The notes: generated from the sequence alone by a model not told the origin. DNA of 20,000 nt from an uncultured virus (IMG/VR IMGVR_UViG_3300035670_009001) (IMGVR_UViG_3300035670_009001), one strand, 5' to 3'; positions 8,426 to 17,363 are shown, numbered from the stretch's first letter. Program-made: numbers and translations.

Positions 8426-10505
8426 TATCTATTTTTTCAAAAAAAGATTCCAATTCAGGATAAATTTCTAAAACTTTTAACCCTCTTCGAGATTCGTATT
8501 GTTTAACAAAAGTGTTTAAATCTATTTTATGTTGTAAAAGAGTTGAGTCATCCAAGTTTTTGTCCGAAATAAAAATGTCTTTTAGTCTCGAAATTTTTTC
8601 TATTTCTTGAGTAGAAAACCCAACATCTCCAACATTTTGCATTTGAAGAAAATTTAAACTTCGATAAGTGGAATTAAACTTCATATATTTAATCCACCTG
8701 TCAAAAAAATCTTCTTCGATATATCCCTTTAACAACCTAAAACTCATAAATGAAGGTTGTCTTAAATAAGATGTATCCAATATAATCGCTGAGCTCCAAT
8801 ATCGGTGTGGATTAAAATGTTTAATTTTTAGCTCATGTATTTTTCTAATTAAATCCTCATAAGAAAACACACTAAAAATATTGAAAGTTGACATTACGAC
8901 CACCGTAATTTTTGGCAAACTGGTTAATACTTTATCTATATTATTGAATAATTTTTCAAAATTCATTCCGTATCTTGTATATTCAGACTGAATTCCATAT
9001 CCATCACAAGAAGTAAATATTATTATTTCTTTAACCAAATTATTTCTGATTATATCATCTAATTTTTCTATCAGTCGATCTATTAAATAATCAGGAACTC
9101 CCAAATTACTATTTATGGAAAGTTTTAAGTTTCTATTTGGCTCATTGGTTTCTAAAATAAAATCTAACACTTTCCATGTGTCTTTGGACAAAAGCGGTTC
9201 TCCTCCAGTAATTCTGAATGTATCCATACTATTATAAAGGTCAGGAAACCATTCCCAAAAACTATTCACATAAGGATTATCATCAGAATGTTTATATGGT
9301 TTTGTATTACGTTCTTCCATTCTTCTTGTTCCATTGTATTCAAACGAAAGTTGGTATGGACCATGGTCATTTATCTCTTCCATCCATTTTGAAGAATATT
9401 CTGGCCCACAGTATGCACACTTGAAATTGCAAGTGTTTGAAAAACTTACCTCAACATATTTCGGATTATAATTATCTCTCCAATCAGACTTGGAAATTTC
9501 ATCAAAAAAAGGCTCAGACCATGGTTCAGATGATTTAAAAACTCTATCAGAAAACGAATTCGAGTTGTCTTCAACATTCCAACAATAAGAACATTCACTT
9601 GGTCGTTTGTTTTCCAACATTTCTTTTCGAGCCATTTTTTTTACTTTACTATTATGTAATGCGGTTGGATTACGAGATAATTCTTCCAAACTAACCTTAT
9701 GTGGCTCAGGATGGTGACAAGAATGGGTTGTACCGTTATGTAAATGCATAGTCACCTGTGTCCATTTTGCCAAACAAAATCCACAACCAACATCATCCAA
9801 TTTCTTTTTTGCAATTTCAAATCCAATACTAGAATTTTTATTCTTCTTCTTTAAAAAATACTTGTCTTTGTACTCGTCCAAAATAATAAATTCATCACCA
9901 TTTTGAGATTCAAAATCAAAAACACATAAAAGATTATCACTAAATTTATCTAAATTACGGTTTGTTTTTTTAACAAACATTTTAACTTCGTTAATTGGTA
10001 AGGATGTTTTGAAAATTGAAAAATGAAATACATCCATTTCAGTCAAATTTCTATGTGATTGATTTATACTATCTATATTATGGCATCCAATGTAAATTGG
10101 TTCATTAATATAATCATCAATTAATACGGAGTTAGATTCTATCAAATCTAATAATTTGAAATCAAAAAATACCTTATATTCTGACCCATTATAAGTCAGT
10201 GTTATATTAGTTTTTTTGTCATACATTTTATCAGTAATTGACTCGTATGTATAACAATTGAATATGGGGTCTCCATTCAAATCTTTAGTCCAAAATTCAA
10301 AAACGAATAATTTTTTTAGATAATCATAACTTATACCAAAGTTTTTACCAGGAACCCCAAAAAAACCTATTTTATCATCTCTTTTATAATTTTGACCTAT
10401 ACTAAAAGATAAACTAATAGTATAAGAAGAATTCATTATAATATTTTTCTGGTCTTCCCCCAACTTTGGTTTTACAAACCATGGTTTTTCATACTCTACT
10501 TTCAT
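8409..10505 (-). CDS. LamG-like domain fused to an N-terminal-twitch radical SAM protein
   Basis: About 220-aa beta-rich N-terminus, then CGFCLAKW...SCH...ECSYCW, CNFKCAYC, TGGEP and INSNLGVP. The C-terminal part is paralogous to 6204..7649. Confidence 0.85.
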   Translation of the reverse strand: MKVEYEKPWFVKPKLGEDQKNIIMNSSYTISLSFSIGQNYKRDDKIGFFGVPGKNFGISYDYLKKLFVFEFWTKDLNGDPIFNCYTYESITDKMYDKKTNITLTYNGSEYKVFFDFKLLDLIESNSVLIDDYINEPIYIGCHNIDSINQSHRNLTEMDVFHFSIFKTSLPINEVKMFVKKTNRNLDKFSDNLLCVFDFESQNGDEFIILDEYKDKYFLKKKNKNSSIGFEIAKKKLDDVGCGFCLAKWTQVTMHLHNGTTHSCHHPEPHKVSLEELSRNPTALHNSKVKKMARKEMLENKRPSECSYCWNVEDNSNSFSDRVFKSSEPWSEPFFDEISKSDWRDNYNPKYVEVSFSNTCNFKCAYCGPEYSSKWMEEINDHGPYQLSFEYNGTRRMEERNTKPYKHSDDNPYVNSFWEWFPDLYNSMDTFRITGGEPLLSKDTWKVLDFILETNEPNRNLKLSINSNLGVPDYLIDRLIEKLDDIIRNNLVKEIIIFTSCDGYGIQSEYTRYGMNFEKLFNNIDKVLTSLPKITVVVMSTFNIFSVFSYEDLIRKIHELKIKHFNPHRYWSSAIILDTSYLRQPSFMSFRLLKGYIEEDFFDRWIKYMKFNSTYRSLNFLQMQNVGDVGFSTQEIEKISRLKDIFISDKNLDDSTLLQHKIDLNTFVKQYESRRGLKVLEIYPELESFFEKIDNENTI

Positions 10506-11926
10506 TACTTCATTTTAACATTTATAAACCTTGTATTTAGATATAATGTTTCATCAATATCAACTAACTCAGTCACATCCAATATTTTATTATACCCCTC
10601 TTCTTTGTAATTGATTTTATTCTGTTGCATTTCTGTAACAAATCGTTTCTCATTTCTTGCCGTAGTCTCACCTTTCACCCATTTTCCATTTACAAATCCT
10701 TCATCTTTGTGGTAAATGCAATCAAAAGACCCCTCTCTTCTATATGGTAAAATCAAATCTTTCACTTCAATATCTTCATTTACAAAGATAGTATTATTAT
10801 TGTAAAACTCATAATCATTAACAATATCTTTTTCTGAAACATTGAAGTTATAATGAAGTACTAATCCACTTTTATCCTCAAAAATTGTATTAATGTCTTT
10901 TGTAAATTTATCATAAATCTTAACTTCAGCAATTTTACCTTTAAGAAAAACTGCGGTGTGGGTACACAATCCTATAAGAATGGGTTTAATGGAATCGTGG
11001 CTTTTTAACTTTTCAATATGTGATGGTATATGTTCTTTAACCCCATTCATATTGAAGTTCAATTCATCATTGATATAAAGATAATAATTTCCATTTTCGG
11101 AGTCGTAGGTTACTGTAACCCAAGTCCATTCATTCTCAAATCTTTTTGCATAATTGTAATGATGATTACTGTCCTTATCATAAACTATTGAAGAAATGGC
11201 TCTTGAATTATTAAAAGAAATCCCCCAATTAAAACTACCATCTTTTCTTATTAATGGATATTCGATAAATTTTCGTTCTTCGTCACCCACCAACCAAATT
11301 GGTACTTTATCAGGTTGTTGGTCTGCGCTAAATAATATTGATATGGTATGGTCTTGATGTAGACAAGAACTTATTTCTCTATTAACTTTGAAGGCTAAAT
11401 ATGAATCGTTTCCATTAAATTGAGCAACCTTTCTGTTTTGATGTTTTTCGAAAACTTTGTAAGTAGTTAATCCTTCGAAATAAGTTCTCCAAAACAAATC
11501 ATCGTCTTCTTGCCCCCAATCCCAATAGTCATTTGAATACCCATTTGTTTTCAACACTTGGTCTTTGGTGAAAAGTACAACACCTCCAAAATATTGTTCA
11601 TACCCTAACTTATATTCATATTTAGATAGTTTGGTTGCAATATGAACAGGGAATTCATCAGGATAAGAATAGTCACATTTATCATCATGAGGAACCATGT
11701 CAACATCATGCCAAGCAATGTAATCACACCCATCTTCAAATGCATGATATGCTGCAATATTTTTCATAGCCCCTCGATTAAAAAGTTTATCATCAACTTG
11801 ATGACCTACATAAAATTTATGAGGAATCCCTAAATTATTTAAATGTTCTGTTAAACTTGGAATTAATTTTTCAATATGTTCTTTTCTATTTCTGTATGGA
11901 ATACAGATTCCTAATTTTGGTTTCAT
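10505..11926 (-). CDS. GT7 (beta-1,4-galactosyltransferase-like) glycosyltransferase with inserted LamG-like domain, paralog 2
   Basis: IPYRNR, FNRG, HDVD, YFGGV and GYSNDYWDWGQEDDD GT7 motifs. Insert FNGNDSY...WTWVTVTYD...LYIND...LKGKIAEVKIYD...LVLHYNF. Confidence 0.88.
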   Translation of the reverse strand: MKPKLGICIPYRNRKEHIEKLIPSLTEHLNNLGIPHKFYVGHQVDDKLFNRGAMKNIAAYHAFEDGCDYIAWHDVDMVPHDDKCDYSYPDEFPVHIATKLSKYEYKLGYEQYFGGVVLFTKDQVLKTNGYSNDYWDWGQEDDDLFWRTYFEGLTTYKVFEKHQNRKVAQFNGNDSYLAFKVNREISSCLHQDHTISILFSADQQPDKVPIWLVGDEERKFIEYPLIRKDGSFNWGISFNNSRAISSIVYDKDSNHHYNYAKRFENEWTWVTVTYDSENGNYYLYINDELNFNMNGVKEHIPSHIEKLKSHDSIKPILIGLCTHTAVFLKGKIAEVKIYDKFTKDINTIFEDKSGLVLHYNFNVSEKDIVNDYEFYNNNTIFVNEDIEVKDLILPYRREGSFDCIYHKDEGFVNGKWVKGETTARNEKRFVTEMQQNKINYKEEGYNKILDVTELVDIDETLYLNTRFINVKMK

Positions 11927-13368
11927 ATACCTACGTTTACTTGTATAATGTTATCGACAGTATTTTTTCCATATTCTCGGAATGTACATGTTGAAATCCC
12001 GTCATCTTTGAAATTAACACTATTTGTTAAAACTTCGTTATGATATCTTAATTGATTGTATCTTGTTGTTTGATTTTTCCACCCTCCATTTTCATATCCA
12101 TTCTCTTCATGCGATATTAATTTGAATGTCGATTCTCTTCGATAAGGTACTTTAATTTCTTTATAATTCTCAAATGTATGTCCGACAATTTCACAATTAA
12201 TTATGACTCCATTATTTTTATTTTCACTCAAGTCAATTAATTGATATCCTTTAATAAATTTAGCATCATAATACATCATTAATTTATAATCTGATTTATA
12301 TTCACCAAAGTTTTGGGTAAGCCCAAAAAATTGATTTTTTGATATCTCTAAAATTTCACTGTCATTTAAAATGTCGTTATAAACTGCGAATGAATTTATA
12401 GTCCCCTTAAAAAAATTATTTTCATTTTTTCTTTCAGGATTTCCACATCCAAGATAAAAATAAGGCTCTTGTGAATAATCATAAAATGATGTTATCCTTT
12501 TGTTATCTACTAATACACCATTTTGATACAACGAAATTTCCTTGTTATCTCTATCAATTGTGACCGTCAAATTTGTTTTGAAGTTAGGTAAAATGTCGCT
12601 GTGAATAAACGCAACTTTTTTCTGGTCAGTAAAGATTTGAAATGTATATCTTCTGTAAGAATTATAGGTGATTGTACAGTCATATCCAGGTATCGTGAAT
12701 ATTGACATTATATCCTCTTTTTTATCAACATTTAATTCTAGCTCATCAGGGCTGAATGAAACAAATATTGTAACTTTACCATTTGGATTATATGTAGTTT
12801 TGTTGTTAAAATCGAAAATATTTTTAGATTTAACATATGCATTTTTTCCATTAAAGTTCAAAGCCGCGGTATTCCCACCATCAATCGTGATTTTTTTAGT
12901 GTTTAATGGAATGTTATAATAATCACACCTGTAAAATAAGTCATCATCTTCATATCCCCATCCCCAATAATTGTTAGAATACCCATTTATTTCCTCAAAT
13001 GTTTTTATTGGAAATAATGTTACTCCACCAAAATATTGATCGAATACAATTCTTTTGAAATCTTTAGTTCCTATCAGATTGGTTGCCAAATGAAGTGGAA
13101 TATCACTGTAGGAATAATCCACTTCTTCAGGCAACATATCCAAGTCGTGAAAAACAACATAGTCACATCCAAGTTTCTTTGCATAAATGACACCAATGTT
13201 CAATAATTTACCACGATTGAAACTTTTTGCGTCATCTTGTTCAACAATAATTAGAGTATAATTAATATCTGAATCCGATAGATATTTAGTTATATGACTT
13301 TTGAATTTAATCAAGTCAAAATATCTATCCCGATAGGGTACAATTATTCCTAATTTATGTCCATTCAT
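11923..13368 (-). CDS. GT7 (beta-1,4-galactosyltransferase-like) glycosyltransferase with inserted LamG-like domain, paralog 1
   Basis: VPYRDR, FNRGKLLNIG, FHDLD, YFGGV and NGYSNNYWGWGYEDDD. Insert ALNFNGKNAYV...LYQNGVL...FKGTINSFAVYNDILNDSEI...DLSENKNNG. Confidence 0.88.
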   Translation of the reverse strand: MNGHKLGIIVPYRDRYFDLIKFKSHITKYLSDSDINYTLIIVEQDDAKSFNRGKLLNIGVIYAKKLGCDYVVFHDLDMLPEEVDYSYSDIPLHLATNLIGTKDFKRIVFDQYFGGVTLFPIKTFEEINGYSNNYWGWGYEDDDLFYRCDYYNIPLNTKKITIDGGNTAALNFNGKNAYVKSKNIFDFNNKTTYNPNGKVTIFVSFSPDELELNVDKKEDIMSIFTIPGYDCTITYNSYRRYTFQIFTDQKKVAFIHSDILPNFKTNLTVTIDRDNKEISLYQNGVLVDNKRITSFYDYSQEPYFYLGCGNPERKNENNFFKGTINSFAVYNDILNDSEILEISKNQFFGLTQNFGEYKSDYKLMMYYDAKFIKGYQLIDLSENKNNGVIINCEIVGHTFENYKEIKVPYRRESTFKLISHEENGYENGGWKNQTTRYNQLRYHNEVLTNSVNFKDDGISTCTFREYGKNTVDNIIQVNVGI

Positions 13369-13376
13369 CTATAGTT

Positions 13377-13565
13377 TTATTTTTTTGGATTTATTGTATT
13401 ATGCCACTCCGAAAGATAATATTGAATTCTATCACTCCATTCTTGTTTTTCAATTTCTTCAACCCAAACTGTAAGAGCGTCCAACGTGTTTGCAATTTTT
13501 TCTAAGGCTTTAACTTTTCGTTGCTCAAGCAACATTTTTTCTTTTTCTTTATCTGATTCTGTCAT
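13377..13565 (-). CDS. Small hypothetical protein (62 aa, predicted helical)
   Basis: Fills the gap between two genes and has an ATGA overlap with the upstream stop. No recognised motif. Confidence 0.7.
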   Translation of the reverse strand: MTESDKEKEKMLLEQRKVKALEKIANTLDALTVWVEEIEKQEWSDRIQYYLSEWHNTINPKK

Positions 13566-14419
13566 ATCAAAATTATTTTTTTAATTAAATTATTCCATTT
13601 TCTATATCTTTTGAATTCACCAATTCCTGAGGATTCTTCTATCATAAATTCTTCGTTATTCAAATCTATTAAAAATTTTGATTTTTCCAACTCTTTATAC
13701 ATTTTCATGTACTCATCTGAATATGAATAATCTTTATTGGTATCGGCAACTTTTTTTATTCTCTCGATTGAGGTTTCATCCCACTTAAAATGATGAACTT
13801 GCACGGAATGGGTGTTAATTGGCGCAATCAAAGGATGCCCCCATCCTTGCCATTTCCAAGTCGTATGACCATCAATATTTGCATAATGTTGGCCGTTAGT
13901 TATCGTCACCCACCCTTTTGTAACACAAATTTTATTTGGACACGCTTGACTCATCGGGTATCTAAAAAATCCCATGACAGGAAATTGATTCCAAATACTT
14001 TCATTATCTCTAATTTTTGGGAAAGTTCCTCCTTCACCTATTCTGTCAATAAATCCTCCTCTAACTATATCCCATCCATTTAATTCACAATCCAATATAA
14101 GTCTGTGTATATCGTCTTTGGGATACAAATGAAATTCATCAATATCTGCCACAACCCACCAATCATTTTTATATGTTGATTTAACTTCATTGTATAGGTT
14201 GGTGACCATTTCCCAATCGAAATTATGGTGGATGACTTCTTTAACTACACGAACATTATCATATTCAGATATAATACTTTTTACTTGGTCACTTATATTT
14301 GGATGTAAATCTGAATTATAACACACAATGTTAATTTCATTAACATATTTTTGATAATGTTTTATAAAATGTGGTAATAAATTAACACCATGGCCAATGA
14401 CAGTAACTAATCTTATCAT
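13562..14419 (-). CDS. GT-A fold glycosyltransferase (GT2/GT92-like)
   Basis: LLPHFIKHY, WWVVADIDEF (DxD), K...GQH and VHHFKW. Start moved from 14428 to the ATG at 14419, which gives an ATGA overlap with the upstream stop. Confidence 0.75.
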   Translation of the reverse strand: MIRLVTVIGHGVNLLPHFIKHYQKYVNEINIVCYNSDLHPNISDQVKSIISEYDNVRVVKEVIHHNFDWEMVTNLYNEVKSTYKNDWWVVADIDEFHLYPKDDIHRLILDCELNGWDIVRGGFIDRIGEGGTFPKIRDNESIWNQFPVMGFFRYPMSQACPNKICVTKGWVTITNGQHYANIDGHTTWKWQGWGHPLIAPINTHSVQVHHFKWDETSIERIKKVADTNKDYSYSDEYMKMYKELEKSKFLIDLNNEEFMIEESSGIGEFKRYRKWNNLIKKIILI

Positions 14420-15405
14420 TTCTTCCAAAAACTATAAATCCCTTTATCTAATTCATAATCACTCCATACAAATCTTTCTCTAATTGGTTGTTTCTTAGCC
14501 CATTCCCACATTCGACTCAACCCATCATATAATGTGGTTTTATCTGAAAACCCCAAAAGGTCGATAGATTTTTGATAGGTTGGGTGAGCGTTTTTTACTT
14601 CATGTCTTTTTTCTTTATAAACCACTTCACCATCTTTAATAACTTCTCTTAAAATTTTGTTAGCGTCATTGATAGTATAGTATTTAGTTCCTCCCAAATT
14701 AATAATTTCTTTAGAACAATTTTCTTGTTGTGATGACTTCCATAATCCTTCCAAACAATCATCAATGTAACTGAACGCTCTTTTTTGTTCACCGTCTCCA
14801 AAAATTGTCATTGGCTCCCCATTCAAATGTTGATACATCCAAATACCTAATACGTTTCTGTATTTGTCCCAAATATTTTGTTTGATACCGTAAAAATTGT
14901 GAGGACGAATTATACACCAATCCAAGCCATGTTGTTCACCGGCAACCTTAATATCCATTTCACATGCATACTTTGCGATTCCGTAAGGGTCGATGGGATT
15001 TTGTTGGTCATCTTCATGAAATGGAGGAGCACCGTGCCCATAAACTGCCATAGTTGATGAAAAAACAAGTCGTTTTACATTGTGTTTAATACACTCATTT
15101 ACTATGTTTGCAGTTGATATAAGGTTGTTTTCATAATTGTATTTTCTAATAAACGGGGATAATCCTTCGGCAGCATAAGCCGCAAAATGATATACATAAT
15201 CAGGTTTAGTTTGTTGAAACACATCTGATAATTTATCAGATTTACAATCAACATTAAAAAATTTAACATCAGGATGAACATTTTCAATGTACCCTCCACT
15301 CAAATTATCAACACCTATTATCTCAACATTAAGCTTGTTTTCAATTACCCAATCAGCAAGTCGTGACCCCAAAAGACCAGCAACTCCTGTTATTAATACT
15401 TTCAT
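14416..15405 (-). CDS. NAD-dependent NDP-sugar epimerase/dehydratase (extended SDR)
   Basis: VLITGVAGLLG (GxxGxxG), DNLS, HFAA, FSSTMAVYG, YGIAK (YxxxK), RPHNFYG and FGDGEQKRAFSYIDD. Confidence 0.93.
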   Translation of the reverse strand: MKVLITGVAGLLGSRLADWVIENKLNVEIIGVDNLSGGYIENVHPDVKFFNVDCKSDKLSDVFQQTKPDYVYHFAAYAAEGLSPFIRKYNYENNLISTANIVNECIKHNVKRLVFSSTMAVYGHGAPPFHEDDQQNPIDPYGIAKYACEMDIKVAGEQHGLDWCIIRPHNFYGIKQNIWDKYRNVLGIWMYQHLNGEPMTIFGDGEQKRAFSYIDDCLEGLWKSSQQENCSKEIINLGGTKYYTINDANKILREVIKDGEVVYKEKRHEVKNAHPTYQKSIDLLGFSDKTTLYDGLSRMWEWAKKQPIRERFVWSDYELDKGIYSFWKK

Positions 15406-16130
15406 ATTTTTTTATTTATTATTGTTATTCCACTTGATGAAGGTTTATCTTTTAATATACGGAAATTATGTAACTTAATCAAGTTCCATTCTTGAGTTTC
15501 TTGTAACTCGGCAACTAACTTGCACGGTCCATCGAATCTATGGTAATCTTCTTTTGCATCTTCAGAAACAATCAAAGTTTTTTCATATTCTTCATCTGTA
15601 TCATGTAACACAATAATTCCATTTTCAGATAATAATTTAGAATACAATTCAAAATCTTTTTTTACCCCTTCATAAGAATGGTCACCATCTATAAATAAAA
15701 AATCTATTTTAATATCTTGACGAACAAAAAAATCATAATATGCATCAACAGAAGTTGACTTTATTAATCGTGGATAAAATACCTGTCTAAAAAATGAATT
15801 TTCATCTTCTATGTTAGTTGGTCCTCCGACACCATTACAGGCATCTACCAAATAAGTAACCCCAATATCACCCCAATTATAATCAGGATTTCCCTCAAAT
15901 ATTTTTTGATTGTATAAATCAATTCTTGCTTGAGTCATTATTCTTGGGATAAACCCTCCACCTGACCCAATACAGACACAAACTTTTGACCTCATTTGTT
16001 GAATGAGGGAATACACCATGATACCATCTCCCAAATGTGATTCCGTAGCTCCGTGAGTCCAAAGATACGGAATTTGTTGTCCATCATTTGTAGTAATAAA
16101 TTCTTTAATATATTTTTGATTGGTTATCAT
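15402..16130 (-). CDS. Class I SAM-dependent methyltransferase (Methyltransf_24-like)
   Basis: CIGSGGG, FLFIDGDHSYEGVKKDF and IVLHDT. Start moved to the ATG at 16130 (MITNQK) to remove a 100-nt overlap with the upstream gene. Confidence 0.85.
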   Translation of the reverse strand: MITNQKYIKEFITTNDGQQIPYLWTHGATESHLGDGIMVYSLIQQMRSKVCVCIGSGGGFIPRIMTQARIDLYNQKIFEGNPDYNWGDIGVTYLVDACNGVGGPTNIEDENSFFRQVFYPRLIKSTSVDAYYDFFVRQDIKIDFLFIDGDHSYEGVKKDFELYSKLLSENGIIVLHDTDEEYEKTLIVSEDAKEDYHRFDGPCKLVAELQETQEWNLIKLHNFRILKDKPSSSGITIINKKI

Positions 16131-16143
16131 TTTAGAAACTGAA

Positions 16144-16839
16144 TTATTTTGTTTTTTTTCTTTTGTATTCCCACTCTGATTTCTTTTGAGTATTAGCCGA
16201 TAAACTTTTTCCATACGCAAAAGTTCCAATATGATAAATCTCATTACTAAGATTCATATCAATTTTTAATTGGTACCCTAAACTATTCAATTTTTTGAAT
16301 AGCGTAAAATCTTCACCTAACCAATCTTTTGTTGTTGGTTGAAAGGTGTATTCAAAATATGGCTTATTTAAGTTTTGAAATATTGATGTCCTCATTAATA
16401 AACATCCCATACCAGTGGCTTCAACAGTTAGTAATTCATTTTCAGATTGTACAGGGACCCAACTTTCCCAATCATTCGTATCCATAAACGTTACTGACTT
16501 AAATGGATGTGATCGCTTCATATAATTACAAGCCACAATATCTTGATTGTGAGATAACAATCTTAATAAAGTTGTTGATGGAAACATCATATCACTATCT
16601 AACCACAATACCCATTCCGACTTAACTTTAATTGCCTGTTCTATAAGACGTTCTCTTTGATTAATTAATATAGTTGAAGCATCAAAAAAAAGATGGGTAT
16701 TAATACCCATCTGTGTGGTAGTTTTTATCAAATTTGATAATGAATATGAAAAATGAGAATAAACTGTATCTCTTGTAGGAACGAGTATTGAAACCGAAGT
16801 TGGTACTCCGTGCCAAATTGTATTTTTAAATACGTTCAT
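16144..16839 (-). CDS. GT-A fold glycosyltransferase-like protein (GT2-like, phage type)
   Basis: SILVPTRD, LINQRERL, LWLDSDMMF (DxD), TGMGCLLM, GEDFTLF and HIG. Confidence 0.75.
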   Translation of the reverse strand: MNVFKNTIWHGVPTSVSILVPTRDTVYSHFSYSLSNLIKTTTQMGINTHLFFDASTILINQRERLIEQAIKVKSEWVLWLDSDMMFPSTTLLRLLSHNQDIVACNYMKRSHPFKSVTFMDTNDWESWVPVQSENELLTVEATGMGCLLMRTSIFQNLNKPYFEYTFQPTTKDWLGEDFTLFKKLNSLGYQLKIDMNLSNEIYHIGTFAYGKSLSANTQKKSEWEYKRKKTK

Positions 16840-17282
16840 TTTACACCAGGAATTGTTGAAGTGTCCACATCCGACTCAGTTATTGTATCGTTAATAATTC
16901 TGATAAGTTCTTTAGTTCTCTTCATTATTAATTTAAAATCATTAACAGGTAAATTACTAACAGTTGTAAAAGTTTCTTTAGAATATCTTCCGTCTAATAG
17001 AATCTCTACCGCAGCCGTTCTGGATAATTTTTCAATAGTTGCCCATCTACAATATTCAAAATCGTTTTTTTGTAATTTTTGTAAATTATCGGTATTGTGG
17101 GTTTTTAAAATATTTTCCATGATTTCCAATTCTTCTTGAGAATCATGGGTTTTTGGTATTAATTTGAGTTGTTGGTATCTATCAAAAAAATTTATTAACT
17201 TTTCTTTGTCATATTCAATTCCAACCCATACAATATTTTTGAGTTCGTACTCAGATAAAAAATTTTTGTAATCAAACTTCAT
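16836..17282 (-). CDS. Hypothetical protein (148 aa), first gene of the coupled run
   Basis: ATG start after an 81-nt intergenic region and ATGA overlap with the next gene. No confidently recognised motif. Confidence 0.75.
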   Translation of the reverse strand: MKFDYKNFLSEYELKNIVWVGIEYDKEKLINFFDRYQQLKLIPKTHDSQEELEIMENILKTHNTDNLQKLQKNDFEYCRWATIEKLSRTAAVEILLDGRYSKETFTTVSNLPVNDFKLIMKRTKELIRIINDTITESDVDTSTIPGVK

Positions 17283-17363
17283 AATTATATTTTTATAAAA
17301 ATATAGAAATATAATTACTTTTCTGAAGATTAGCGGAATTAATATAATAAAAATTTCAAATTA

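Noticed and set aside
10760..12870. GT7 insertions as inteins or introns
   Set aside because: No Cys/Ser...His-Asn splice motifs or homing endonuclease signature; the inserts carry LamG-like motifs.
1809..17139. Short plus-strand ORFs (1809, 2632, 3999, 6053, 6514, 8051, 9218, 11642, 12668, 13790, 15287, 16810)
   Set aside because: All are antisense to well-supported genes, with no motifs; typical shadow ORFs.
1..17282. DNA hypermodification or RiPP cluster as the primary interpretation
   Set aside because: No nucleotide kinase, thymidylate synthase or hydroxymethylase homologue and no clear precursor peptide, protease or exporter in the window. Not excluded, but less supported than glycan modification.
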